A stretch of 64,000 bases of DNA from an uncultured Acidobacteriota bacterium. GTDB lineage: Bacteria > Acidobacteriota > Thermoanaerobaculia > UBA5066 > Gp7-AA6. Positions 1 to 12,195 of the stretch are shown here, one piece after another; position 1 is the first letter of the stretch, and each line of letters opens with the position of its first letter. The notes below the pieces were generated by a model that ran no database searches, was not told the origin of the DNA, and worked only from the letters and a program-made list of their open reading frames with translations. A program made the position numbers and the translations under genes. Location: assembly GCA_963775725.1 (NCBI GenBank), contig CAVZKA010000001.1:1609468-1673467 (forward strand), given 5' to 3'.

Positions 1-1250
1 TCGGGCCGCGAGTAGCCGACGACGACGAAGTCGCCCGTGCGGTCCAGGCGCACCTTGACCCAGTCCTCGGACCGGCCGCCGCGGTACCTGGAGTCCGCCT
101 TCTTTCCGATGATGCCCTCGAGCCCGAGGCCGGCGACTTGTTCGAGCAGCGCCTCGCCCTGCCGCTCGACGTGGTCGGCGTAGCGCACGGGCCCGAGGCG
201 CGGCAGGACGCGCTGGAGGAGATTCTTACGTGTCTCGAGCGGGAGGCCGCGCAGGTCGAAGTCCTCGAAGCCGAGCAGGTCGAAGACGAAGAGCGTCGTC
301 GGCAGCTCCACCGACGCGCGCTCGATGTCGAGCCGGCGCTGGAGAAGTGCGCGCTTCTGCAGCCGGCCGAAGCTCGGCCGCGCCCGCTCGTCGAGCACGA
401 CGAGCTCGCCGTCGAGGACGAGCGAGGAGAACGGCATCGCGCGCATCGCCCGCGCGATCTCTGGAAACGTCTCCGTCGCGTCCCCGCCGTTGCGCAGGCG
501 CAGCCGTGCCTGGCCGTCGTCGCGCTCGGCGAGCAGGCGGTAGCCGTCGTACTTCAGCTCCCAGAGCCAGCCCTTCTTCGTGAACGGCGCGTCGCGCGGT
601 TCGGCGAGCATGAGCTTGACGGCGGAGGCGTGGAGTCGGCGGCGCGGCGCTTCGAGGCGTTCGAGTTCGGCCCGCACCTCGGCCGCGCGGCTCTGTCCGG
701 AGGCGAGGTCTTCGACCGTGAGCCCCGAGAAGATCGACTCCTGCGAGTACTCGGCCGCCGAGCCCTTGCGCGCCCACGCGTCGCGCTCCTTGATGAGGAG
801 CCATTCCTTGCCGTCCGCCCTTCCCTTCTTCTTCATGCGGACGAGCGTCCACTTGCCGCGCAGCTTGTAGCCCTGGAGCTCGAAGAGGAGCTTTCCCTTC
901 TTCATCCCCTCGTCGAGGTCGCCCATGGGGATCCAGCGGCCCTGGTCCCAGACGATGACCTCGCCGGCGCCGTAGTTGCCCTCGGGGATCACGCCCTCGA
1001 AGTCGGCGTACTCGACCGGATGGTCCTCGACTTCCATGGCCAGGCGCTTCTCGGACGTGTCGGGCGATGGGCCATGGGGGACCGCCCAGGACTTCAGGAC
1101 GCCGCCCCATTCCAGGCGGAAGTCGTAGTGCAGCCGGGTGGCCGCATGTTTCTGAACCACGAAGAGATGCGGCCGGTCGGCGCTGGCGCGGCCGAAGGGC
1201 TCGGGGGTACGGTCGGCGGACCTTTTCTGGCGATATTTTTCGAGAGACAC
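1..1250 (-). CDS. ligD: DNA ligase D (NHEJ), runs off the window at its 3' end
   Basis: Not in the ORF track because there is no stop in the window. Read by hand from GTG 1250: SLEKYRQKRSADRTPEP...FVVQKHAATRLHYDFRLE...VEDHPVEYADFEG (phosphoesterase domain), then ligase motifs WELKYDGYR and EGIIGK...WVK. Divergent from ku. Confidence 0.93.
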   Translation of the reverse strand, partial: MSLEKYRQKRSADRTPEPFGRASADRPHLFVVQKHAATRLHYDFRLEWGGVLKSWAVPHGPSPDTSEKRLAMEVEDHPVEYADFEGVIPEGNYGAGEVIVWDQGRWIPMGDLDEGMKKGKLLFELQGYKLRGKWTLVRMKKKGRADGKEWLLIKERDAWARKGSAAEYSQESIFSGLTVEDLASGQSRAAEVRAELERLEAPRRRLHASAVKLMLAEPRDAPFTKKGWLWELKYDGYRLLAERDDGQARLRLRNGGDATETFPEIARAMRAMPFSSLVLDGELVVLDERARPSFGRLQKRALLQRRLDIERASVELPTTLFVFDLLGFEDFDLRGLPLETRKNLLQRVLPRLGPVRYADHVERQGEALLEQVAGLGLEGIIGKKADSRYRGGRSEDWVKVRLDRTGDFVVVGYSRP

Positions 1251-1271
1251 CCTCTGGATTCTCCCTCACCC

Positions 1272-1281
1272 ATGTTACCCT
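1272..1281. promoter_or_regulatory. Putative overlapping bidirectional -10 elements for ligD and ku
   Basis: TAACAT on the minus strand (1272-1277) overlaps TACCCT on the plus strand (1276-1281) in the 47-bp intergenic gap. Confidence 0.4.
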
Positions 1282-1297
1282 CGTTGGTCCTAAACCC

Positions 1298-2206
1298 ATG
1301 AGCGCCAGACCTATAGCCGCCGGGACGATCTCTTTCGGGCTGGTCTCGATCCCGGTAAAACTCTACGCGGCCTCCGACGCCTCGGCAGGCGTTTCCTTCA
1401 ACCTGCTCCACGGCGCCGACGGGGCGCGCCTGAAGCAGCAGTACATCTGCACGAAAGACGGCGAGATCGTGCCGCGCGACCAGATGGTCAAGGGCTACGA
1501 GTTCTCCAAGGACCGTTACGTCACGTTTACGACCGAAGAGCTCAAAGCGATCGAGGAGCAGTCCACGCAGTCGATCGAGGTCGTCGAATTCGTGCCGATC
1601 GCGAAGGTGGACCCGGTTTACTTCGACAAGACGTACTACGTCGGCCCGGACAAGGGCGGAGCCAAAGCGTATGCGCTCCTGTCGAAGGTGATGCTGGAGA
1701 CGAAGCGGGTGGCGCTGGCCCGTTATGCCGCTCGCGGCAAGCAATACCTCGTGCTGCTGCGCCCCGTCGACGGCGGGATCGTGATGCAGCAGCTTTATTA
1801 CGCCGACGAGATCCGCCCCTTCTCGGAAGTCCCGCTCGAGCCCGCGGAGGTCACGGACAAGGAGCTCGATCTCGCCAAGCTCCTCGTGGACCAGCGCGCG
1901 ACCGAGAAGTTCGCGCCCGAGACCTACGAGGACGACGTCAAGAAGCGCGTGCTCGGACTCATCCAGAAAAAGGTCGACGGCCAGGAGATCTCGCTCGCGC
2001 CGCCGGAGGCGGGCGGAGGCCAGATCATCGACCTCATGGAAGCCCTCAAGGCGAGCCTCGCCAAGAAGCCCGAGGCCGCGGCCGCGAGCGCCGCCGCTTC
2101 GAAGGCCGCCCCGGCCGCCGACGAGGGGACGCCCGCGCGCAAGCCCGCCAAGCGCTCCCCGGCGCGCGTCGCCCAGATGCGCACGGAATCGGGCCGCAAG
2201 GCCTGA
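1298..2206 (+). CDS. ku: NHEJ DNA end-binding protein Ku
   Basis: MSARPIAAGTISFGLVSIPVKLY...VKGYE...IIDLMEALKASL with a basic C-terminal tail. Confidence 0.95.
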   Translation: MSARPIAAGTISFGLVSIPVKLYAASDASAGVSFNLLHGADGARLKQQYICTKDGEIVPRDQMVKGYEFSKDRYVTFTTEELKAIEEQSTQSIEVVEFVPIAKVDPVYFDKTYYVGPDKGGAKAYALLSKVMLETKRVALARYAARGKQYLVLLRPVDGGIVMQQLYYADEIRPFSEVPLEPAEVTDKELDLAKLLVDQRATEKFAPETYEDDVKKRVLGLIQKKVDGQEISLAPPEAGGGQIIDLMEALKASLAKKPEAAAASAAASKAAPAADEGTPARKPAKRSPARVAQMRTESGRKA

Positions 2207-2243
2207 CCCCCTCGCCTCTCGCCTCGGGTATTCTCGAAGGCCC

Positions 2244-3071
2244 GTGAAGGGCTACTCCACGAAAGAGGTCGCGAAGCTCCTCGCCATGACCGAGGCCGAG
2301 GTCCGCGGCTACGTGCGCGCCGGATTGCTTTCCCCCGAGCGGGGTGCGCGGCGGGAGATGATCTTTTCCTTTCAGGACCTCGTCTTCCTGCGCACCGCGC
2401 ACGGGCTCGCGGCGGCCGGCGTGACTTCGCGGCGCATCCGGGCGGCCCTTTCGCACCTGCGCGCGGGGATGCCCGACGGAAGGCCGCTCACGGCGGTGCG
2501 CATCGCGGTCGAGGGCAGCCGCGTCGTCGTCGAGGACGGCGCGCGCCGCTGGCGGCCCGAGTCCGGCCAGATCCTGTTCGACTTCGGCGTGGCGGATCTT
2601 GCGCGCAAGGTTGCGCCCATGGTGCGGCGCGCGTTTCGCGAGGCGCAGGAAGAAGGCCCGGAGTTCTCGGCCGACGACTGGTACGAGTGGGCCTGCGAGC
2701 TCGAGCCGTCCTCGCCGGCCGAGGCGAGAAAGGCCTACGAGGAGGCGCTCGTGCTCGATGCGGGCCATGCGCAGGCGCACGTCAACCTGGGGCGCCTCCT
2801 CCACGAGGCCGGCGACGCCGCGGCCGCCGCGCCGCACTACGAGGCGGCACTCCGGACGCGGCCCGACGACGGGACGGCGGCTTTCAACCTCGGCGTGGCG
2901 CTCGAGGATCTCGGAAAGACGCCGGAAGCGCTGCTCGCGTACGAGCAGGCCGTGAAGGTCGATCCCGACAATGCGGACGCGCATTTCAACGCCGCCGCGC
3001 TGGCGGAGAAGCTGGGGCAGCCAGCCGCGGCCTTGCGGCACCTCCGGACCTATCGGAAGCTGACGCGGTGA
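2244..3071 (+). CDS. MerR-type HTH plus tetratricopeptide-repeat protein
   Basis: N-terminal YSTKEVAKLL...VRGYVRAGLLSP...FSFQDL (MerR-like HTH); C-terminal TPR motifs AHVNLGRLL, AAFNLGVAL, AHFNAA. Confidence 0.8.
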   Translation: MKGYSTKEVAKLLAMTEAEVRGYVRAGLLSPERGARREMIFSFQDLVFLRTAHGLAAAGVTSRRIRAALSHLRAGMPDGRPLTAVRIAVEGSRVVVEDGARRWRPESGQILFDFGVADLARKVAPMVRRAFREAQEEGPEFSADDWYEWACELEPSSPAEARKAYEEALVLDAGHAQAHVNLGRLLHEAGDAAAAAPHYEAALRTRPDDGTAAFNLGVALEDLGKTPEALLAYEQAVKVDPDNADAHFNAAALAEKLGQPAAALRHLRTYRKLTR

Positions 3072-3131
3072 GCGCGATCGGCCGTGGAATCCGCGTGCCG
3101 GCGGGTCTGTTGTGAGACACTGTTGACGCAC

Positions 3132-3473
3132 ATGAACCGGATCTACAGGGGTTTGCTGGCCTTCGGTCTCGCTCTGGCGCTGTTGGCCGGGCCGGTCGGC
3201 GCCGTCTGCGTGGACTGCTGCCCCCGGGCCGACGCGCCGCTCACCCTGGCGGTGGCCGCGGCCTGCTGCGGCGACTGCGCCCCGACGATCGACCGGGCGC
3301 CGGACCCGGCCTCGCCATCCGTCAAGGCGGCTTCGTTCGGGCTCGAGACGGCCTTTGCCCTCATCGTGTCTTCGGCGCGACCCCATGTCGCTGTGTCCTT
3401 TCGCCCCCCCGTGACCGGCACCCCCTCTGCAGGCGTTTTCGCGCGAGCCCTTCCGGCGCCACTGCGCCTCTAA
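3132..3473 (+). CDS. Small Cys-rich membrane/exported protein upstream of the metal-efflux operon
   Basis: MNRIYRGLLAFGLALALLAG hydrophobic N-terminus, then CVDCC and CCGDC motifs. Confidence 0.6.
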   Translation: MNRIYRGLLAFGLALALLAGPVGAVCVDCCPRADAPLTLAVAAACCGDCAPTIDRAPDPASPSVKAASFGLETAFALIVSSARPHVAVSFRPPVTGTPSAGVFARALPAPLRL

Positions 3474-3542
3474 GACCCCCTCTTTCTTTCGACTGGTTCG
3501 AACGGTCCGGGGCAGACCCGGTCCGAAAGAGGGAGCATCACC

Positions 3543-4823
3543 ATGCGTCGGTCTCAATTTGGATTGATCCTTTTTCTCGCCGCGGCCCTCGTGCGCGCGG
3601 ACGGGCCGGACTGGCAGACGAGGCTGGCGGCGGCGGTAGCCAGGGCGGTCGCGCAGAACCCGTCGATCGTGCAGATGGAATCGGAAATCGAAGCGACGCA
3701 GCATCGCGTAGGCCAGGCCGCGGCGCTGCCGGACCCCGAGATCGAGGCCGGCATCGTCAACGTCCCCACTTCGGACTTTTCGCTCTCGCGCGACTTCATG
3801 ACGATGGAACAGGTCGGGGCGCGGCAGAGGTTTCCCGCTGCGGGGGCGCGGCCGGCGCGCAAGAGGCTCGCCGAGGCGGCCGTGGCGTCCGCGTCCTCGA
3901 TGCACGAGGATCACGTCGTGCGCCTGGCCGCCGAGGTGGCCGACGCGTTCTTCGCGGTCGCCGAGCTGGACGAGCGGATGGCCGTGCTCGAGCAGAGCCG
4001 CGAGCGTCTCCGGCGGGTCTCGGCGTCTGCCGAGGAGCGATACCGCGTCGGCAAGGGCGCCCAGGCGGACGTGCTGCGGTCGAACGTCGAGACGACGGCC
4101 GTCGAAGAACGGCTGGCCGGGCTGCGGGGCCAGCGGCGGGCGGCGGCGGCGCGGCTGAATACGCTGCAGAACCTGCCTCCGTCCTTTTCGGTGGCGTCGA
4201 TCGCGATCCCGGATTCCGAGCCGTCGGTGCCCGACGAGGGCCAGCTCATGCTCCGCGCCGAGGGGGCCAGCCCGGCCGTCGCGGCCGCCTCGGCCCTGGT
4301 GCACGGCGCCGAGGAAGAACGCGCGCTCGCCGAGCTCGAGAAGCGGCCGGAGATCTCGGCGTTCGGCTACTACGCGCATCGCGTGTCGTACGACGACATG
4401 GCGGGCGCGACCGTGGCGGTGAGCCTGCCGTTCTTCCAGCCCAAGCGCCTGCGGGAGAAGGCCGCCGAGAAGGAGGCTTCGCTCTCGGGAGCCCGGGCGA
4501 ATCTCGAGATCGTGAAGAACGACATCCGCCGGGGCGTGGCGCAGGCGTACGCGGACCTCGACGCCGCGGTCGAGCAGGCGCGCCTCTACCGCGGCTCGAT
4601 CCTGCCGCAGGCGGAGACCAACGCGCGCGCGGCGGCGGAGGCGTATGCGGTCGGCCAGATCGACTTTCTGACGTACGCGCGGGCGGCGCTGGACCGGGAC
4701 GCGTACGAGGCGGAGCTGGCGATGCGCCGGGCGGGCGCGTGGCGCGCGGTCGCCGCGTTGCAGAAGGCTGCGGGACTTCCGCTTCTGCCCGGCGTGCCCG
4801 AGGAGGGGATGAGCCATGAGTAG
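3543..4823 (+). CDS. TolC-family outer-membrane efflux protein (CusC-like)
   Basis: Signal peptide; AALPDPEI, YRVGKGAQADVL and YAVGQIDFL OEP repeats; first gene of a CBA operon. Confidence 0.88.
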   Translation: MRRSQFGLILFLAAALVRADGPDWQTRLAAAVARAVAQNPSIVQMESEIEATQHRVGQAAALPDPEIEAGIVNVPTSDFSLSRDFMTMEQVGARQRFPAAGARPARKRLAEAAVASASSMHEDHVVRLAAEVADAFFAVAELDERMAVLEQSRERLRRVSASAEERYRVGKGAQADVLRSNVETTAVEERLAGLRGQRRAAAARLNTLQNLPPSFSVASIAIPDSEPSVPDEGQLMLRAEGASPAVAAASALVHGAEEERALAELEKRPEISAFGYYAHRVSYDDMAGATVAVSLPFFQPKRLREKAAEKEASLSGARANLEIVKNDIRRGVAQAYADLDAAVEQARLYRGSILPQAETNARAAAEAYAVGQIDFLTYARAALDRDAYEAELAMRRAGAWRAVAALQKAAGLPLLPGVPEEGMSHE

Positions 4824-6143
4824 GCGAAGGACCGGCGATGCCGGAAGGTGGACGGAGATCGGGATTGGTCTTGGCCTGCTTGCGGCGCTGGCGTGCGGAA
4901 AGAAGGCGGATACGAACCCGGCCGCGGTGACGCCGGGAGCGAAGGCTTCCACGGACGCTTCGGGAAGGAGAGTCCTCTACTGGTACGACCCGATGGCGCC
5001 GGGCTCGAAGTTCGACAAACCCGGCAAGTCGCCCTTCATGGACATGCAGCTCGTGCCCAGGTATGCCGACGAAGCGGACGCCGGCGGCGGCGCGGCAGAG
5101 TCGGCGGCGGTGGCGCTCTCGCCGGAAGCCATCCGCGCAACGGGCATCGCGGTCGTGCCGGCGACCCGCGAGGCGCTCTCGAGGGTGATCCGGGCCGTCG
5201 GAACGGTCGAGATCGACGAGACCCGTCAGGTGCGCGTGGCCGCTCGCGTGGCGGGCCGGATCGAGAAGCTCTACGCCAACTTTACCGGGCAGCGGGTGAG
5301 CGCGGGCGCGCCGCTCTACGACCTCTACAGCCCGGACCTCGTCGCGACCGAGCGCGAGTATCTCCTCGCCCTCGAGAATCGGCGGGGGCTCTCGGGCGGA
5401 ACGCCCGAGTCGATCCGGGCCGCGGACTCCCTCGTGACCGCGACGCGCGAGAGGCTTCGTCTCTGGGGGATCGGGTCGGGCCAGATCGCCGCGCTCGAGG
5501 GCAGCCGCACGCCGGACCTTGCGCTGACGTACCGCTCGCCGATCACCGGGACCGTGATGGAGAAGATGGCGGTCGAGGGCCAGTACGTGTCGGAGGGGAC
5601 GGAGCTCTACCGGCTGGCGGATCTTTCGACCGTCTGGCTGATGGTGCAGGTCTACGAGTACGAGCTTGGCCGACTCGCCGTCGGGATGCCGGCCGAGGTC
5701 ACGGTGGCCGCGCTGCGGGGCCGGACCCTGCGCGGGCGCATCGCTTTCATCGATCCGGTGCTCGACCGGGATGCACGCTCGGCCGGCGTGCGCATTGCCC
5801 TGCCCAATCCGGGCGGCGAGCTGAAACCGGGCATGTTCGCCGACGCGCGCCTCGAGATTCCAGCCGCGCCGTCGATCGTAGTCCCGCGCAGCGCGCTCAT
5901 CGACACGGGCACGCGTCGGGTCGTGTACGTCGAGACCTCGCCAAACGTCTTTGCAGCCCGCGAGGTCAAGGTTGGCGACGCCTCCGGGGACCGGGTCGCG
6001 ATCCTCGACGGCCTCGTGGAGGGCGATCGCGTCGTCGCGAAGGCCAATTTCTTCATCGACTCCCAGGCGCAGCTGGCCGGAGGCTCCGCGATCCAGTGGA
6101 GCGGGGCCCTCGACGTCAAGGAAAAGCCGAAGGAGGAAAAGCC

Positions 6144-6147
<4 letters not shown>
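4816..6147 (+). CDS. cusB: CusB-like RND periplasmic adaptor subunit
   Basis: YWYDPM...[16 protein letters not shown] metal-binding motif; [19 protein letters not shown]. Confidence 0.9.
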
Positions 6148-9446
<3,299 letters not shown>

Positions 9447-9498
9447 CGTGCCGTCACGGAAGTTTCAGGTCTTCGTGCCGCAGATTCCCTGATCGCCG

Positions 9499-11229
9499 TC
9501 AAGGGCGGGGCTGGGTTACCGCCGGCCTGCGGCCGTCGTTGCCTACTGCCGCGGGTCTGCCTTCGCTGGTCGGCTGTCCCCCGCCCGCCTCCGCCATGCC
9601 GTGACTTGGGCGGGCGGCCGCAAGGGCCGCCCCGACGGCACCGGAATTTGTCCGATGTCCGCCTCCGGCAGGGGAGATCGTGGTCACGCCGCAGCGCTCG
9701 AGCATCGCGTCGATCTCGCCGCGCGTGGCGCCGAGCTTGTGCGCGGCGGCCCGGATGTCGTCCGGGTCGACCGGATACCAGTTGCGGCGCGAGGAGTCGC
9801 CGAGGCCGATGACGTCGAGCGGCTCGGTGGCCTCGCGGATCGCGGCGAGCAGCCGTTCCCGGTCGCCGGGCACGCCGTCGATCGCCATCCGGCAACAGCG
9901 GGTCAGCGCGGGGCCGAACACCGGGTGGTCCGCGGAGAGAAACGAGCCCGCCAACGCCGGCTTGTCGAGACGCCGGGCGCTCTCGGCAAAACTCGCCGCG
10001 GCAAAGTACAGCGTCGTCAGGGCGGCGAAGGCCGGGAAGTCGTGCATTCGCGCATAGAGCGCCGAGACCAGGAGGGCGGCGACGTCGACCTCGAACAGCG
10101 TCGTTGCGCCGTGGCGGCGCATCTTCTCGTCGAAGCTCGGGCGGCCCCAGTCGGCCCGCAGCACTTCGCCGAGCCGCTCGAGGCCGAGGAGCGTCAGCGG
10201 GAACCCGGTCGAGAGCAGGGGATCGACGAACGCGGCGGCCGAGGGCAGCATCGCCCAGCCCGGTCCCGCAGCCGAGGCGCTGCGGAAGGGGAGCCTCGGC
10301 CGGTGCACGAAGGGAATGGTCGGCCGCGCTCCGGCGAACTGGTCGCGCACCGTGGGAAAACGATCGAGCAGACGCTGCCACGCGGGCGCGCCATCGGCGA
10401 GCCGCAGGTCGCGGGCCAGAGTGGGTGTCGCGGCAACGCCGGCGCTCGCAATGCCGTTCTCGAACCGCAGCACCCAGATCCATCCTCCGTCGAAGACGTG
10501 GTGGAGGGCCGCGTCGTCCACCGGGTAGGGCGGCTGGTCCGGAGACGGGAAGATCCCCATCGCGTCGAGCCGCCGGACGCCCTGGAAGTGCGTGAAGAGA
10601 CCCTCGGTCTGCGGCAGGTCGGGGAACGCGGCGGACCCGAGGGCGAGAGCGCGGTGAAGAACACCTCCGGGTCCGGACGCGTCGATGACGAAGCGGGCGC
10701 GCGGCCGAACCGCCCGCCCGTTCCGGGCGGCTTCTATGTCGAACCCGGCGGCGCCGCCGGAGATCCCGGCGATCTCGGTCCCATCGAGATACTCGGCGCC
10801 CTCGGCCGCGGCCTCGCCGGCGAGGAACCGGTCGAAGTCGGGACGGTACCAGTGCGTGTCGGCGACCGCGTCGTTGGGGCTCGCCGCGACGAGCAGCTGG
10901 TCGCTCCGGTCCCGAGCGCCGCGAAATGGTCGTCCGGCCTCGTGCCCGTAGAACGTGAAGCCGCGCTTCAAGCCGCAGCCGATCTGCGGGTAGATCCGCT
11001 GCCACGTGCCCCAGGCGGACAGCGGCCGGATGCGGGGCAGGTCGTATCGATCGGCGAGCTCCTCGAGCAGGAGGTTGGCGAGCGGGGAGGAAGATTCGCC
11101 GATCGCGAACCGCGGATGGGATCCGCGCTCGATGAGCACGACGGACCGCCCGGCGCGTCGCGCGAGCAGGGCGGCGAGAGATCCGCCGAATCCGGATCCA
11201 AGGACCGCGACGTCGAAGGCGCCGCTCAC
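9499..11229 (-). CDS. Flavin-dependent halogenase-like FAD oxidoreductase
   Basis: GTG 11229. DVAVLGSGFGG, HPRFAIGESS, GGWIWVLRF (WxWxIP variant), FVDPLLSTG. The last ~60 aa look like non-conserved read-through. Confidence 0.8.
   Translation of the reverse strand: MSGAFDVAVLGSGFGGSLAALLARRAGRSVVLIERGSHPRFAIGESSSPLANLLLEELADRYDLPRIRPLSAWGTWQRIYPQIGCGLKRGFTFYGHEAGRPFRGARDRSDQLLVAASPNDAVADTHWYRPDFDRFLAGEAAAEGAEYLDGTEIAGISGGAAGFDIEAARNGRAVRPRARFVIDASGPGGVLHRALALGSAAFPDLPQTEGLFTHFQGVRRLDAMGIFPSPDQPPYPVDDAALHHVFDGGWIWVLRFENGIASAGVAATPTLARDLRLADGAPAWQRLLDRFPTVRDQFAGARPTIPFVHRPRLPFRSASAAGPGWAMLPSAAAFVDPLLSTGFPLTLLGLERLGEVLRADWGRPSFDEKMRRHGATTLFEVDVAALLVSALYARMHDFPAFAALTTLYFAAASFAESARRLDKPALAGSFLSADHPVFGPALTRCCRMAIDGVPGDRERLLAAIREATEPLDVIGLGDSSRRNWYPVDPDDIRAAAHKLGATRGEIDAMLERCGVTTISPAGGGHRTNSGAVGAALAAARPSHGMAEAGGGQPTSEGRPAAVGNDGRRPAVTQPRP
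9611..9636 (-). repeat. REP-like GC-rich palindrome
   Basis: GGGCGGCC-gcaag-GGCCGCCC stem-loop; minus strand reads GTCGGGGCGGCCCTTGCGGCCGCCCG. Confidence 0.4.
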
Positions 11230-12188
11230 CCGGCCCCCCCGCAGGCCGGGCACGCGACACCTGGGAGGACGGTCTGCCGCAGGTTCGTCTGCCACAGGCG
11301 CGCCGCGCGCTCCGGGTAGCATGCCGCGCAGCGGCTGAATCGCGCGACGTCCCAGAGGTCGGCGAAGACGCGCCCCCGACCGAGCTGGATCCCGAAGTCC
11401 ACGGCAGCCTCGAGGCTCTCGAGACCCGGCTGCGCGAAGTCTCCGCTGGCGGAGAGGGCATCGAGGGCGCCGTTGCCCCCTCGGGTCGGAATGAGGGACA
11501 CGGCCGTAGCGCCGCAGGCGAAGGCAAAGTGGATCGAGCGGCAGGTCCAGTCGACGGTCTCCGCCTCCGCCAGCCAGGGCAGGCCGACGAGGACGAAGGC
11601 GCGCATCGCGATGTCGGCTTCGCGCAGGAAGGCGGCGGCGCGCTGGAAGTCGTCGGCCGACATGCGCTTGTTGAGGCGGGAGAGGATTTCCGGGTGGATC
11701 GTCTCGAGCCCGAGCGCGACCTCGAGCTCGCCGTCGAGCCGGTCGCGCAGGCGCAGGCAGCGCTCGCCGACGAGGGCCGGGTGCGATTCGACGATGATGC
11801 GCTCGAAAGGGCGGAGCAGACTTGCGATCTCGGCGTCTTCCTCCGGCCGGATCGCCTGCGCGTCGAAGAAGCTCCCGGCGTTGTAGAGCTTGACCTGCCG
11901 CGCCGGCGGCAGCGACGCGAGGGCGGCGCGGATCTGCGCGGCGACCGCGCCCGGAGGGGCCGCCTCCGGGAGGGTGTCCTTCCAGAGGTCGCACATGACG
12001 CACCGCCACGGGCACTCCCGATTGGTCAGGAAGATCGTGGCGACGGGGACGACCTCGCCCGACTCCGACGCCTCGTCTTCGACGAACGCGGCGTAGGGCC
12101 GCGACGGGTCGAGGGCATGACGCGCGGGGCGCCTCTCGAGAATCCACCGGTCGCGGTCCCGGTCGGCCGACGGGTAGGCGGAGCTCAA
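11226..12188 (-). CDS. Radical SAM protein resembling the TIGR01210/RaSEA-like family
   Basis: CPWRCVMC (CxxxCxxC); KLYNAGSFFD, VESHP, EVALGLET, LNKR motifs. Confidence 0.8.
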   Translation of the reverse strand: MSSAYPSADRDRDRWILERRPARHALDPSRPYAAFVEDEASESGEVVPVATIFLTNRECPWRCVMCDLWKDTLPEAAPPGAVAAQIRAALASLPPARQVKLYNAGSFFDAQAIRPEEDAEIASLLRPFERIIVESHPALVGERCLRLRDRLDGELEVALGLETIHPEILSRLNKRMSADDFQRAAAFLREADIAMRAFVLVGLPWLAEAETVDWTCRSIHFAFACGATAVSLIPTRGGNGALDALSASGDFAQPGLESLEAAVDFGIQLGRGRVFADLWDVARFSRCAACYPERAARLWQTNLRQTVLPGVACPACGGAG

Positions 12189-12195
12189 CGAAGTC

